Part shown: positions 29,844-40,867 of the stretch, one piece after another
Layout of the letters: each line of letters begins with the position of its first letter
Position numbering within the stretch: the stretch's first letter is position 1
Source of the DNA: an uncultured Acidobacteriota bacterium
GTDB lineage: Bacteria; Acidobacteriota; Thermoanaerobaculia; UBA5066; Gp7-AA6
DNA length: 64,000 nt
NCBI GenBank assembly: GCA_963847075.1
Contig: CAWJYL010000002.1
Coordinates: forward strand, 1,608,121 to 1,672,120
Direction: 5' to 3'
Notes under the pieces: model-generated
What the model was told of the DNA's origin: nothing
The model's database searches: none
What the model saw: only the letters and a program-made list of their open reading frames with translations
Made by a program: the position numbers and the translations under genes

Positions 29844-30382
29844 TTGCTCGGCGCCGCGTCTCGCAGCAGCGCCGATCGGATCGCCCGCTCGAAGTCGGCC
29901 CCGGCCCGATCGCCGACGAACGCGTGGAGAATCCTTCCGTCGCGACCGATCAAGAACGCCGTCGGCAGGGCTTGAATCCCGCCGTAGGCTGCACTGACCT
30001 GGGTGTTTCCGATGACGACCGGATAGTTGATGCCGAGTTGTTGTGCGAACGGTTTCACGACCACTGCGCCTTCTTCATCCAACGCGATGCCCAGGAGGGT
30101 GAACCCCTTCTCCGCATATTGCCTCTGCAGCTCGATGAATTGAGGGGTCTCCTCTCGGCATGGCACACACCAGGTCGCCCAAAAATCCAGCAGGATGATC
30201 TTGCCCTTGAAGTCCGCCAGCCGCACCGTCTTGCCCGACAAATCGGTCAAGGCAAAGGCAGGTGCTGTCCTTCCCACCAACGCCGGGTGATCCGCTTCCG
30301 TGGTTTCAATGCGCTGGCGACAAGAGACGACGGTCAATACCGCCATCACGACGGCCACGAGGCAAGCCGACGCGAGCCTCAT
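29840..30382 (-). CDS. TlpA/ResA-like thiol:disulfide oxidoreductase (redoxin)
   Basis: ATG 30382. Signal anchor [21 protein letters not shown], redox motif FWATWCVPC, and the family signature [13 protein letters not shown]. Confidence 0.8.
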   Translation of the reverse strand: MRLASACLVAVVMAVLTVVSCRQRIETTEADHPALVGRTAPAFALTDLSGKTVRLADFKGKIILLDFWATWCVPCREETPQFIELQRQYAEKGFTLLGIALDEEGAVVVKPFAQQLGINYPVVIGNTQVSAAYGGIQALPTAFLIGRDGRILHAFVGDRAGADFERAIRSALLRDAAPSK

Positions 30383-30912
30383 TTGGCATCGTCTGCTTTT
30401 TGCGTGGGGAATCCTCTGTCGATCCAGTCGGTCAGCAGATTCTTGGGCACGTAGAGGACCTTGACGTTCTTGAACTCCAGGTCTTTCAAGGCCTGAAATG
30501 CCGGGCGGATGTTGGGGCACTCCTTCCAGGGACAGCAGCCGCAGTAGAGGACGATTTGCCTGTCTCGTGGGAGGCTCTTCACCTCCTGGTTCAGCTTTTC
30601 GAGACCGTTGGGTTTTGACGCCGGCCCGGCGAAGGTTGCCCCCGCGATGTGGCCGCCCTGGTAGAGGACCGGATAACCGACATAGAGCACCAGCGCCTTG
30701 TCGACGGTGGCCTTCGATAGGGATGCCGCGAGGTCGTCGGGTGTCATGACCTGGCTGGCTTGCCACGGGTCTGAGGGCAGGACCGTGGGCTGCCGGGATT
30801 GGTCGGACTGTTCACCCCGACTCAGGGACGCGCTGGAACCGCCCGCCAGTACGATGGCGACCACGACCATAGACAGCCGCAGCGCCCGAGCTGCCGCCAA
30901 AGTCGTTTTCAT
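30379..30912 (-). CDS. rhodanese-like domain protein, secreted
   Basis: ATG 30912 follows GGAGG. Has a signal peptide. Reads GHIAGATF...IVLYCGCCPWKECPNIRPAFQALKDLEF, a rhodanese-like active-site loop. It overlaps the downstream start as ATGA. Confidence 0.7.
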   Translation of the reverse strand: MKTTLAAARALRLSMVVVAIVLAGGSSASLSRGEQSDQSRQPTVLPSDPWQASQVMTPDDLAASLSKATVDKALVLYVGYPVLYQGGHIAGATFAGPASKPNGLEKLNQEVKSLPRDRQIVLYCGCCPWKECPNIRPAFQALKDLEFKNVKVLYVPKNLLTDWIDRGFPTQKADDAK

Positions 30913-30982
30913 TGCGCCTCCTTCTCTGATTGATGGACTTTCTTGAGCCACGGACTTCGGCCCGGCACGACATCGGAACCCC

Positions 30983-31334
30983 TCAGACCCATCGCCGCAG
31001 CCAGTCTCGTTCGAAGAGGACCTTGGCAGCGTGCCAGCGGCGGCCCGGCGTTTGGATCTTCACTTGCGGCAGCGGCTCCGCGTAGAAGTCGCCCTTGCCG
31101 TAACCGGCCTTGCTGTCGCCCGTCTCGATGAAGCAGTTGCCTTTGCCGTCGAAGGACGCCGGCACCGTCGCCCACGAGGAAAACCTGGATCTCGACGCCG
31201 TCTCGCTTTGCGAGCGAGCCAGTGAGACGCAGCGCATTGTATGCCCTCTCGGAACCGTAGGGGGCGTCATTGATGGTAACGAGAACCTTCAGGATGCCAC
31301 CTCCTTCTCGACGGGCAGCCCGGCAGCTCGCCAT
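30983..31334 (-). pseudogene. chimeric remnant: DsrE-like N-terminal fragment fused to the C-terminal tail of a sulfide:quinone-oxidoreductase-like gene
   Basis: One frame reads ILKVLVTINDAPYGSERAYNALRLTGSLAKRDGVEIQVFLVGDGA (DsrE/DsrF-like start) and then degenerates. The other frame reads FDGKGNCFIETGDSKAGYGKGDFYAEPLPQVKIQTPGRRWHAAKVLFERDWLRRW-stop, a typical SQR/FCSD C-terminus. Neither part is complete. Confidence 0.55.
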
Positions 31335-31960
31335 TCCGGCAGGCCTTCCTCGAGCCGCTGCGCCTTGCGGTGGCGCGCGCGCAGGATCTCCACCGCACGG
31401 AATGCGAGCACGCAGTAGGGCCCACGGCAGTAGGCGACGATCTCCTTGTCGCGCGGAAGCTCGCCCACCCGCCGGGTCAGCTCCGCGAGCGGGATGGAGA
31501 CCGCGCCGGGGATGTGGCCGGCCCGGTACTCCTCGGTCGGGCGGACGTCCAGGACGAGTACCGTCCCGGCCCGCGCTCGCTCGAGGAGCTCCTCCCGCTT
31601 CACGGCTTCGAGCCCGTCTGGCGAGATGAAGTACTTCCTCACGATGTCGTCGACCTCGGCCATGCGGCGCTCGGCGAGGGTACGGATGAGGCGAGCGAGC
31701 TCGTCGACGTCGTCGCCAGCGAGCCGGCAGTGGACGAACAGCCCGTCCTTGCGCGCGTCGACTAGGCGCGCTTCTCTCAGCACCTGCAAGTGATGCGATG
31801 CGTTGGCGATCGAGAGCGACGCCTCCCTGGCGAGCACCTCGACGGTTCGCTCGCCCTGGGCGAGAATCTCCAGCAGCTCGAGCCGGCTCGGGCTCGAGAG
31901 GGCCTTCCCGATCCTGGCGAACTGCTCGTAGAGGCGCCGCTGGGGTTTCATGCCGTTCAA
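31289..31960 (-). CDS. ArsR-family regulator fused to a rhodanese domain
   Basis: Intact 223 aa. HTH: LSSPSRLELLEILAQGERTVEVLAREASLSIANASHHLQVLREARLV. Rhodanese: LVLDVRPTEEYRAGHIPGAVSIP...IVAYCRGPYCVLA. Confidence 0.8.
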   Translation of the reverse strand: MNGMKPQRRLYEQFARIGKALSSPSRLELLEILAQGERTVEVLAREASLSIANASHHLQVLREARLVDARKDGLFVHCRLAGDDVDELARLIRTLAERRMAEVDDIVRKYFISPDGLEAVKREELLERARAGTVLVLDVRPTEEYRAGHIPGAVSIPLAELTRRVGELPRDKEIVAYCRGPYCVLAFRAVEILRARHRKAQRLEEGLPEWRAAGLPVEKEVAS

Positions 31961-32057
31961 CTATTCAAACCATCATTAGAATATTTGGCAGACAGTCGCT
32001 TGTCAAGCAAGGGGCAGGTGCCACCGATCAAGCCGTCACGGTCCCGCGGACCTGCAA

Positions 32058-32156
32058 CGCTGACAACAACACGGACAAACCGGGGGCGCAGCTCGAAATC
32101 ATTGAGGAATTCGGAGGAATCCGATGGGTTCAACTCCCGCCGCCTCCACCATTTCA
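32058..32156 (+). repeat. ssrA-associated att-like element, copy C
   Basis: The arm is CGCTGACAACAACACGGACAAACCGGGGGCGCAGCTCGAAATCATTGAGGAATTCGGAGGAATCC. The block 32126-32156 is identical to ssrA 12673-12703 (31 nt). Confidence 0.85.
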
Positions 32157-32414
32157 CGTCTCCACGGGTCGTCGCAAACGCACCGATAAACGCGTCTTGG
32201 AATGCCGTCCTTCGGCCCTGGAGTAGGATCCGGTCCGAAGAACCAAATGGACTGCCGGAACACGCCGCTGCTTCTTGGATAGGGACTTAGACCTCGCCGG
32301 CTGCAACATATCGAGCCCCCCCGCCGGGCATTAGACAGCGTGCGGCGTCTGGTTTACCCAAGGGCGTCCGCAGCCTAAGGACTAGTTAGGCCGCACTAAG
32401 CCAAGGAACAGCTG

Positions 32415-32696
32415 ATGCGCACGCGGTTCATGTCGCATGTAGTCGCTGCAGTGCTTCTTGGAATCGTGCTTGGCGTCGTCACGGCCAGGTCGCGGTCGAC
32501 CGATCGCGCGAAGGGGAGGGAGGCGTATCTCGCTGAGCAAGCCAGGCATTTCGACAAGAACGTCGCGAAGCCCAGGAGCGTATTCACGTGCGTCGCTGGC
32601 GTCGGATTCTCAGGGTTTGTCTTTGGTGTGTATGAGCTCTTGGCACTAGGTATCTACGGCGTAATTCGCCCCAGGGAGAACGCCGGTGCGGCCTAA
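32415..32696 (+). CDS. small hypothetical membrane protein
   Basis: 93-aa ORF with two hydrophobic segments. Its stop TAA lies inside the GCCTAAC arm of the following hairpin repeat. Confidence 0.4.
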   Translation: MRTRFMSHVVAAVLLGIVLGVVTARSRSTDRAKGREAYLAEQARHFDKNVAKPRSVFTCVAGVGFSGFVFGVYELLALGIYGVIRPRENAGAA

Positions 32697-32766
32697 CACG
32701 CGCGTGCAGCGGACTCGTTCGTCAGCTTCGCCTCCTCACTCGCCGCTGACGCGCAGTCCGTTAGGC
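32691..32766. repeat. GCCTAAC...GTTAGGC hairpin repeat, copy 1
   Basis: 76 nt. Terminal inverted GCCTAAC/GTTAGGC, and internal GCGCGTGCAGCGG pairing with CCGCTGACGCGC. Confidence 0.7.
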
Positions 32767-32816
32767 GCCCCAAAGGGCTTGCGCGGCGTATATGTCTGCA
32801 ATATACTAGGACCGTC

Positions 32817-33122
32817 GTGGCAGATGACCCGCTGAAGGGCTGCACAGGCTTTGATTGGGATGACGGTAATTTCGGGAAGAACTGGGAACGTCATCGGGTC
32901 CCATTTTGGGAGGCCGAGGAGGTCTTCTTTAACGAGCCGCTCGTCGTGTCGCCGGACCGAAGGCATTCCGTTGCGGAGCTTCGCTACCTGGCCCTTGGTC
33001 AGGCAGAGTCAGGGCGGCGACTTTTCATTAGCTTCACCGTTCGGGGTTCACTCATCCGAATCATATCGGCGCGAGACATGAGCCGGAAGGAAGAGCAAAT
33101 CTATGAGCAAGGCAAAGCGTAA
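32817..33122 (+). CDS. brnT: BrnT-family (DUF497) type II toxin
   Basis: GTG start. Reads FDWDDGNFGKNWERHRVPFWEAEEVFFNEP...RYLALGQAESGRRLFISFTVRGSLIRIISARDMSRKE, the canonical BrnT layout. Confidence 0.85.
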   Translation: MADDPLKGCTGFDWDDGNFGKNWERHRVPFWEAEEVFFNEPLVVSPDRRHSVAELRYLALGQAESGRRLFISFTVRGSLIRIISARDMSRKEEQIYEQGKA

Positions 33123-33387
33123 GGCGCTTCCGAAGTTCGAATCCGAAGAGCAAGAGCGGAAATTCTGGGCGGAGCACGACTCGGCCGACTTTGTCGACTG
33201 GTCTTCTGCTCAGCGCAGGTCGTTCCCTGCCCTGCGCCCGACGCTACGCACGATTTCGCTGAGGCTGCCCGAATCGATGATTGGCCACCTCAAAGTACTG
33301 GCGAACAAGCGCGATATCCCGTATCAGTCGCTGCTCAAGCAGTTCCTCGCTGAACGGCTCGAGCGCGAGTTATCACGGGGCGCCTAA
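33103..33387 (+). CDS. brnA: BrnA-family antitoxin
   Basis: Reads LPKFESEEQERKFWAEHDSADFVDW...ISLRLPESMIGHLKVLANKRDIPYQSLLKQFLAERLE. It overlaps brnT by 20 nt. Its stop lies in the GCCTAAC arm of hairpin copy 2. Confidence 0.85.
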   Translation: MSKAKRKALPKFESEEQERKFWAEHDSADFVDWSSAQRRSFPALRPTLRTISLRLPESMIGHLKVLANKRDIPYQSLLKQFLAERLERELSRGA

Positions 33388-33457
33388 CACGCGCGTGCAG
33401 CGGAGTCGTTCGTCGCCTTCGGCTCCTCACTCGCCGCTGACGCGCCGCCCGTTAGGC
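33382..33457. repeat. GCCTAAC...GTTAGGC hairpin repeat, copy 2
   Basis: GCCTAACACGCGCGTGCAGCGGAGTCGTTCGTCGCCTTCGGCTCCTCACTCGCCGCTGACGCGCCGCCCGTTAGGC, near-identical to copy 1. Confidence 0.7.
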
Positions 33458-33582
33458 AGCGTCAAGCAACTGGGGTGGCTTGTTGGCCTTGCCTTCTCCG
33501 CCTCACTCGGCCCTGCTGCCGTCGCGCTTGAGCTCGGCGACGCACTGCCGAAATCGGCGGTTGAGCCTGGCAAACTGGCCAT

Positions 33583-33662
33583 GGTTAACCCAGCCGCGCG
33601 TGCGGCGGACTCGCTCATCGCTTTCGGCTCGTCACGAGCCGCTGATCCGCCGACCGTTAGGC
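33583..33662. repeat. GCCTAAC...GTTAGGC hairpin repeat, copy 3 (diverged)
   Basis: GGTTAACCCAGCCGCGCGTGCGGCGGACTCGCTCATCGCTTTCGGCTCGTCACGAGCCGCTGATCCGCCGACCGTTAGGCC. Same architecture with substitutions. Confidence 0.6.
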
Positions 33663-33954
33663 CATAGTCGGAAGGTTAACTCGGCGTCATCTCAGGGGTC
33701 AGAGAGCAATGCCTTCCAGCTGAAACAGGCGGCCCTGGAAGTATCAACCGGCTCAGCGAGCCCCGTTCGGCCATGGGTCGAACGAAGTGGAAGGCCGGCG
33801 ACGACGTCCGGCGTTCAAATTGCCGGATCGTCGCATTTGATCGAAGCGTCGCTCGCCACAGCAACTTAGCGGAAGAGAGTACGTACTTGTCTCAACGGGC
33901 GTTCGCGTCCGAAGCCTGAGGTGACGCCAACTGCAGCCCGGACGGAGTGAGACG

Positions 33955-36018
33955 ATGAAGATCAGCCGCCGATCCTTTCTCAAAGTTGCAGCAGCCATCG
34001 GGGCTTCGCTCGCATGGGCCGGGCCGGCTCGAGGTTCGGGTGTCCACTGGCGTGAGCGGCGTGATCTCTATCCCCAGGGGGTCGCCTCGGGCGATCCCGA
34101 TGCGCACAGCGTCATCCTGTGGACGAGGCGTCCGTATGCCCAGGGCACACGCCAGCTCCTGACCGTCGAGGTGGCCGAGGATGAGGCATTCCGCCGGGTC
34201 ATTGCGCACGCGCAGGCACCGGTCTCGAGCGCCGCGGACTGGACCGCCCGCGTTCTGATCGGCGGACTCGAGCCGGCGAGCACTTACTGGTATCGGTTCA
34301 CCGACACCGAGGGAAATGGCAGCCGGGTCGGCCGCACGATCACTGCGCCGTTGCCAAGCGATCCGCGCACGGTGAACTTCGCATTCGTGAGCTGTCAGGA
34401 CGTCAACGAGGGCAAGCTCAACGCCTATCGCCGGATGATTTACGAAGATGAACGCGCTCCCGCCGCCCAACAACTCGGCTTCGTCCTGCACCTGGGCGAC
34501 TTCATCTACGAGGTGGTCGAGTATCCCGACGAGGTGAAGACGCGCTACGACCGCACGATCTACGAGGTGGCGCGCCTCCCGGACGGCCCAAAGGCCGGCA
34601 ACTTCCACATACCGCTGACCGTCGATGGCTACCGGGCCATCTACAAGGGCTATCTCGTCGATCCGGACCTCCAGGACGCGCGCGCGCGCTGGCCGTTCGT
34701 CGCCATGTGGGACAACCACGAATTCTCGTGGCAAGGCTGGCAAAGCATCGTCAAGGCGGGGCCGATCGAGCAGCCTGGCCAGAGCGTCAAGGTCGCGGCG
34801 AATCAGGCCTGGTTCGAATACCTCCCCGCACGTGTTGCTCCGCCGAGCGGGTTGCTCGAGCGTTTCGATCCACCATCCGTAAAAGACGTTCCCATCAAGG
34901 AGTGGGACAGCGATGGGCTGGGGACGGAACCGAACAACCTGACGGCGATCAACAGCCTCAAGGGCTACCGGGCGCTACGGTACGGCCGGCACCTGGACAT
35001 GATCATTACCGACCAGCACAGCTATCGGAGCGCGGACTGCTTCAGCGATCCGTCTCTCGAGAAGCTCGTCGGCGACGAGTTCATGGAAATGTTTCCCGAG
35101 TCTGCGGTGCAGATTCTGGACGGCGGGCGCGGCTTCAACGGCGGCAATCCTCCTCCGGAAATCCGGTTCAACGATGCGCATGTCCCCAACCCGCAACGGA
35201 GCGCGCCGCCGCAAACGATTCTCGGGGCGGAGCAGAAGGCATGGTTCAAGGACAAGCTCAAGAGCTCCACAGCGGCGTGGAAAATCTGGGCCAACTCTCT
35301 GGGCGCTCTGGATGTGCGCGCCGACCCTCAGAACCTGCCGGCGGGTCTTACCAAGGAGTCCTGGCCCCAAAACACCTTCGCAGTCTTGGGTCCGGCCGAT
35401 TACGGCATGGCGTACGCAGAGCGTGCCGAAATCTACAATCTCGTGCGCGACGCGAAGATTACCGGCTTCGCAATCGTCTCGGGCGACCGCCACGCCTTCT
35501 GGGCCGGCTATGCGACTGCGGAACTTCCTCCCGGCAAGTTCGAGCCGGTAGGCTTGAGCTTCGTAGGCGCGTCACTCGTCAGTCCCGGCACCATGGAGGC
35601 CTATGAGCACAAACTTCCGAAGGACGCTCCGCTGCGACCGCTGTTTCTCGTCGACAGGGATGCGGGGGCGAAGCCGGACTGGACCTTCAACATGCTGCTG
35701 AAGCACGGCGTCCGCGCGTGCTTCGAGTATGCAAAGAGCTTCGACCTCAAGCGCGCACGGTCGCTGTCCAACCCGGATCTCGCTCCGCACCTCGAGTTCG
35801 TAGATCTCGGAGGACACGGCTATGCGAAGGTCCAATTGTCGGCCCATGAGATGCGCACCGAGTATGTCTGCATCCCACGCCCCATTGCGCGCAGCGAAAG
35901 ACCGGACGGGGGGCCCATCAGGTATCGGGTATTACACACTGCTGCACTGTGGAAGAGCGGAGAGCGCCCGCAGCTGAAGACATCGGTGCTCGAAGGCGAC
36001 GTTGGACTGGCGATTTGA
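33955..36018 (+). CDS. phoD: PhoD-family alkaline phosphatase, Tat-exported
   Basis: Intact 687 aa. Twin-arginine signal MKISRRSFLKVAAAIGASLAWA. PhoD-like blocks GVASGDPDAHSVILWTR, FAFVSCQD and HLGDFIYE...WDNHEF. Confidence 0.88.
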   Translation: MKISRRSFLKVAAAIGASLAWAGPARGSGVHWRERRDLYPQGVASGDPDAHSVILWTRRPYAQGTRQLLTVEVAEDEAFRRVIAHAQAPVSSAADWTARVLIGGLEPASTYWYRFTDTEGNGSRVGRTITAPLPSDPRTVNFAFVSCQDVNEGKLNAYRRMIYEDERAPAAQQLGFVLHLGDFIYEVVEYPDEVKTRYDRTIYEVARLPDGPKAGNFHIPLTVDGYRAIYKGYLVDPDLQDARARWPFVAMWDNHEFSWQGWQSIVKAGPIEQPGQSVKVAANQAWFEYLPARVAPPSGLLERFDPPSVKDVPIKEWDSDGLGTEPNNLTAINSLKGYRALRYGRHLDMIITDQHSYRSADCFSDPSLEKLVGDEFMEMFPESAVQILDGGRGFNGGNPPPEIRFNDAHVPNPQRSAPPQTILGAEQKAWFKDKLKSSTAAWKIWANSLGALDVRADPQNLPAGLTKESWPQNTFAVLGPADYGMAYAERAEIYNLVRDAKITGFAIVSGDRHAFWAGYATAELPPGKFEPVGLSFVGASLVSPGTMEAYEHKLPKDAPLRPLFLVDRDAGAKPDWTFNMLLKHGVRACFEYAKSFDLKRARSLSNPDLAPHLEFVDLGGHGYAKVQLSAHEMRTEYVCIPRPIARSERPDGGPIRYRVLHTAALWKSGERPQLKTSVLEGDVGLAI

Positions 36019-36254
36019 CGGACTCACGGCTCTCGTTTCCATACCGGCCGGAAAGGCTGCGGCTCTGGTGGTCCTTGCCGTTAGGCCGCCTCATGTGTTC
36101 TTCGTAGAGCCTCAGTCGGCGCCGGCAGTCGTCACTCGCGGTCTTGGGAGTGGTGGCTGTCTTCTCGTCGAATATCTCCAGAATCACAACGGATCGACCC
36201 GGTAGACGATTCGCCGGCCATGGTCACGATGTGGCAAGGGAGTAACAGGACGCT

Positions 36255-36277
36255 GCCTAACACGCGCGTGCAGCGGA
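36255..36277. repeat. truncated GCCTAAC hairpin repeat (copy 4) abutting att copy D
   Basis: GCCTAACACGCGCGTGCAGCGGA, the left arm only. It runs directly into the CGGACAA arm repeats. Confidence 0.55.
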
Positions 36278-36278
36278 C

Positions 36279-36336
36279 GCGGACAACGACACGGACAAAC
36301 CATGGGTTCAACTCCCGCCGCCTCCACCATTTCATG
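36279..36336 (+). repeat. ssrA-associated att-like element, copy D (internally deleted arm)
   Basis: GCGGACAACGACACGGACAAACC is joined directly to CAT plus block 36304-36336, identical to ssrA 12673-12705 (33 nt). The next ~20 nt (CCTACCCAGGTTAGGGG) still resemble the ssrA downstream flank (TTTCCCCAAGTTAAGGG). Confidence 0.85.
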
Positions 36337-36358
36337 CCTACCCAGGTTAGGGGAAAGG

Positions 36359-37120
36359 CTAGGCCGCATTCTTTGGCCGGGCTGCCCATTGGTCCTTGTG
36401 GCCTCGCACGCCCAGCGGCAGTGCGAGGCCAACCCTGTGGTGGGACATTTCGCCTCCCCTGGTCAAATTGGCGAGCATCAGAGCAGCGGCGTCGGCGTAG
36501 GAGATGATCATCTCTGGAACGAGGTACGCGAACACGGGCAAGAACAAGGCGCCCGGCAGGACTCGGCCGAAAGCAGGTACTTGAACGGGTAGTCGTTCCA
36601 ACGACATCCGGAGTCTCTCCAGGCCAAGGGGAGGCTGTTCAACCATCGGGCCGGGACATAGCAGCCGCCAATCCAGATCGGAACTGCGGATGCGTTCAAA
36701 GTTCACGCGATGCGGCCAGTAAGTGGAGCCGATGCGAGGCAGGTCGACTCCTCTCCGGCCGGAAGCATCGATATCCAGTATCCCGGCACCTGCAAGGAAC
36801 CAGCAAGCGGGGCGATCGGACGTCGATACTGCCTCGAGACTGGTGACAAGCCGATCGACGAGGTTGACGAATGCCTGACCTCCGGTGACAAGACCGGCGG
36901 TGTTGATGACTGCATCGTGGCCGCGAAGCACTGCGGTCAGATCGCCAATCGAAACCGAACTCAGGTCGCACTGGTGGACCGACACCTTGTCGCGTACCTC
37001 CGCGGTCAGCTTCGACGGTGTACGGACCACGACTGCAACATCATGCCTGGCGGATATGGCTTGTTGAACAACATGCCTTCCGAGGGAGCCAGTTGCGCCG
37101 AGGATCACGACTCTTGACAT
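36359..37120 (-). CDS. NAD(P)H-binding oxidoreductase (atypical SDR / NmrA-like)
   Basis: 253 aa with Rossmann motif VVILGATGSLGRHVV. Confidence 0.75.
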   Translation of the reverse strand: MSRVVILGATGSLGRHVVQQAISARHDVAVVVRTPSKLTAEVRDKVSVHQCDLSSVSIGDLTAVLRGHDAVINTAGLVTGGQAFVNLVDRLVTSLEAVSTSDRPACWFLAGAGILDIDASGRRGVDLPRIGSTYWPHRVNFERIRSSDLDWRLLCPGPMVEQPPLGLERLRMSLERLPVQVPAFGRVLPGALFLPVFAYLVPEMIISYADAAALMLANLTRGGEMSHHRVGLALPLGVRGHKDQWAARPKNAA

Positions 37121-37307
37121 GGAGAGGTTCTCCTATGGACGGTCGATGTGGGACGACGGACGCCAAGTGCCCTGGAGACGAGCGGCGCCTTTCGCGGCAC
37201 GTCCATTCTGTAGATCGCGCGGAAGACGGCGAGAGCCGCCAGGCGGCGGCCCTCGCCGATCCCTTCCAGAAGCGCACGGATGCTCTTCTGCGCCCTCTTG
37301 ACCCCTT

Positions 37308-37877
37308 CTAGGCAGCTGCGGCCGAGAACGCGCGGGCGTCATGGCGGATCCTGCCCGAGATCACCGCACGCGTGACCCCATTGAAGAGGACGGCCACACC
37401 GACGAGCGTCCCGATCGCCCAGATCGAGCTGCTCGGCCACTGCGCGAGAATCATCACGCCGAGCAGCAGACTGAACAGAGCGTTGAGCAGGAACCCGACG
37501 CGGCCGGCCGCCGCAGGCAGTGAGAATGCGATCACGGTTTCCATGACGGCCTCGGCGATGAGCATCGCCCCGAGCATGGCGGTGAGGGTCACGACACCGA
37601 TGCCCGGAACTGCAACCAGGGAAACTCCGGCGATGCCGTAGAGGACGCCGAGCAGGAGTTTGAGAAAGAATTGTCCAGCGGTCTGCGAGCTGAACGCGAA
37701 GACGAGCTGCGCGACCGCAGCGATGATGAGCGCCGATCCGAAAAACACCGTGGAAGCGGCGGCGGTCGCCAACGGATAAGTGATCATGACGACGCCGACC
37801 GCCGCGGTGAGGATGCCCATGAAAATGCTCCAGCCGGCGCGCCTGGAGATTTCGTTGGAGATAGTGTCGGTAACCAT
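37308..37877 (-). CDS. HdeD-family (DUF308) membrane protein
   Basis: 189 aa, six TM-like segments, with the repeated WxxxxxGxxxxxxGxxxL pattern typical of HdeD/DUF308. Confidence 0.7.
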   Translation of the reverse strand: MVTDTISNEISRRAGWSIFMGILTAAVGVVMITYPLATAAASTVFFGSALIIAAVAQLVFAFSSQTAGQFFLKLLLGVLYGIAGVSLVAVPGIGVVTLTAMLGAMLIAEAVMETVIAFSLPAAAGRVGFLLNALFSLLLGVMILAQWPSSSIWAIGTLVGVAVLFNGVTRAVISGRIRHDARAFSAAAA

Positions 37878-37910
37878 TTCGAATTCCTCCTCCTGTAGAA
37901 GTGTGGCGCT

Positions 37911-38630
37911 TCAGACCTGGGTCTGAGCGAGCTTCTTGAGAGCCTGTCCAGCGGCGGCGGCGTTCTTCTTGAGAATTGCCTTCTTCGCCTTCTGGCGCGA
38001 CTCGAACGCTTCACGCCGCTCGATCGCCTTCTTCTCCTGCGCGTCGATCTTCGCCTCGAGCTGGTCGATCTTCTTTTGGAGCTTTGCCTTGCGGTCGGCA
38101 TGAGCCTTCGAGATTTCGCTCTTGAACTGCGCGAGATCCGCTTTCATCGCGGCGTTCTCCTCGCGGCGGACCTGCTCCTGCACCAACCACAGCGCACGGC
38201 GGAGGACGGTCCCACCGAGCGCCTCCATCCGGGTGTCCACCGGAATCGTCCACGCCTCGTCGACTTCCGCAACGACCGCAACTTTGTTCGGCGTCAGGGA
38301 TTTCGAGACGTCATTCACGAAATCCTCGCCGACGCGGAGGGTGTCGGCGTCGTAAACGGCGCCGATCGTAAGGCCCGATGCGGCGCCGATGGCCATCCCC
38401 ACCGGTCCACCCAAGAGGCCGATCAGACTGCCCACGGCCGTCCCGGTGAGCATGCCGGTCGGCGCGTCGTCGTCGAGCTGCTTGACGCTGACGGTGCCGT
38501 CCGCATGCTTGACGACCACTGCCCCCGCGTAAATACTGATGCTGCCTTCCACCTCGAGCTGCCGAAGGGCCGATCTGCCTTCAAAGGCCTTCTTCTCGTT
38601 GTCGAAAACCACCACTAACATCCGTTCCAT
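37911..38630 (-). CDS. DUF1269-like membrane protein with C-terminal coiled-coil
   Basis: Reads MERMLVVVFDNEKKAFEGRSALRQLEVEGSISIYAGAVVVKHADGTVSVKQ, then a Gly-zipper TM segment and a Lys/Glu-rich tail. Confidence 0.65.
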   Translation of the reverse strand: MERMLVVVFDNEKKAFEGRSALRQLEVEGSISIYAGAVVVKHADGTVSVKQLDDDAPTGMLTGTAVGSLIGLLGGPVGMAIGAASGLTIGAVYDADTLRVGEDFVNDVSKSLTPNKVAVVAEVDEAWTIPVDTRMEALGGTVLRRALWLVQEQVRREENAAMKADLAQFKSEISKAHADRKAKLQKKIDQLEAKIDAQEKKAIERREAFESRQKAKKAILKKNAAAAGQALKKLAQTQV

Positions 38631-38666
38631 GGTTCGATCCTCCTTTCAAATCGTTCGAAAGACACA

Positions 38667-38948
38667 TCACTCCAGATCACCGAGTCTCGGTTTTTCTGCA
38701 AAGATCCACTCGCGGACGTACTGCGGAAGGTTGCGGAGCTCGACTCCTCCTCGCTCGGCTGCCGCCAGGAAGTGGACTGCGTCGAGGTCGACGAGCCGCA
38801 CCTGCTGAAGGTCCAGAGCGACGGGATTCGGCTCCTCGGAAACCCGTGCCTTCAAATCCTGGACGTCCGGCGAGGTGATCCTCCCGATGAGCATGAAAGT
38901 CGTCCCGGAGTCACCGCGGACGTGTTCGATTCTCAGTACCATCGACAC
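38667..38948 (-). CDS. small STAS-like protein (anti-sigma antagonist fold?)
   Basis: 93-aa ORF (GTG 38948 or ATG 38942). The pattern FMLIGRI...DLKARV...VALDLQQVRLVDLDAVHFL is STAS-like. The assignment is tentative. Confidence 0.45.
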   Translation of the reverse strand: MSMVLRIEHVRGDSGTTFMLIGRITSPDVQDLKARVSEEPNPVALDLQQVRLVDLDAVHFLAAAERGGVELRNLPQYVREWIFAEKPRLGDLE

Positions 38949-38957
38949 GTTGATAGG

Positions 38958-38972
38958 GCAACCGCCGTGCCA
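38958..38972 (-). promoter_or_regulatory. candidate sigma-54 promoter (-24/-12)
   Basis: The minus strand reads TGGCACGGCGGTTGC, a perfect TGGCAC-N5-TTGC. It lies between the EBP gene and the STAS-like ORF. The predicted start site falls within a few nt of the GTG/ATG. Confidence 0.5.
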
Positions 38973-39073
38973 CGGCCAAGTCTCAGTGTTTCCAATGGAT
39001 TACGCGACCGGTGCCGTGGCGAATCTCGACAAATGGCGAGTTTCGACACGCCGGCTCGCTCGAGCCGCCGGAC

Positions 39074-40867
<1,794 letters not shown>

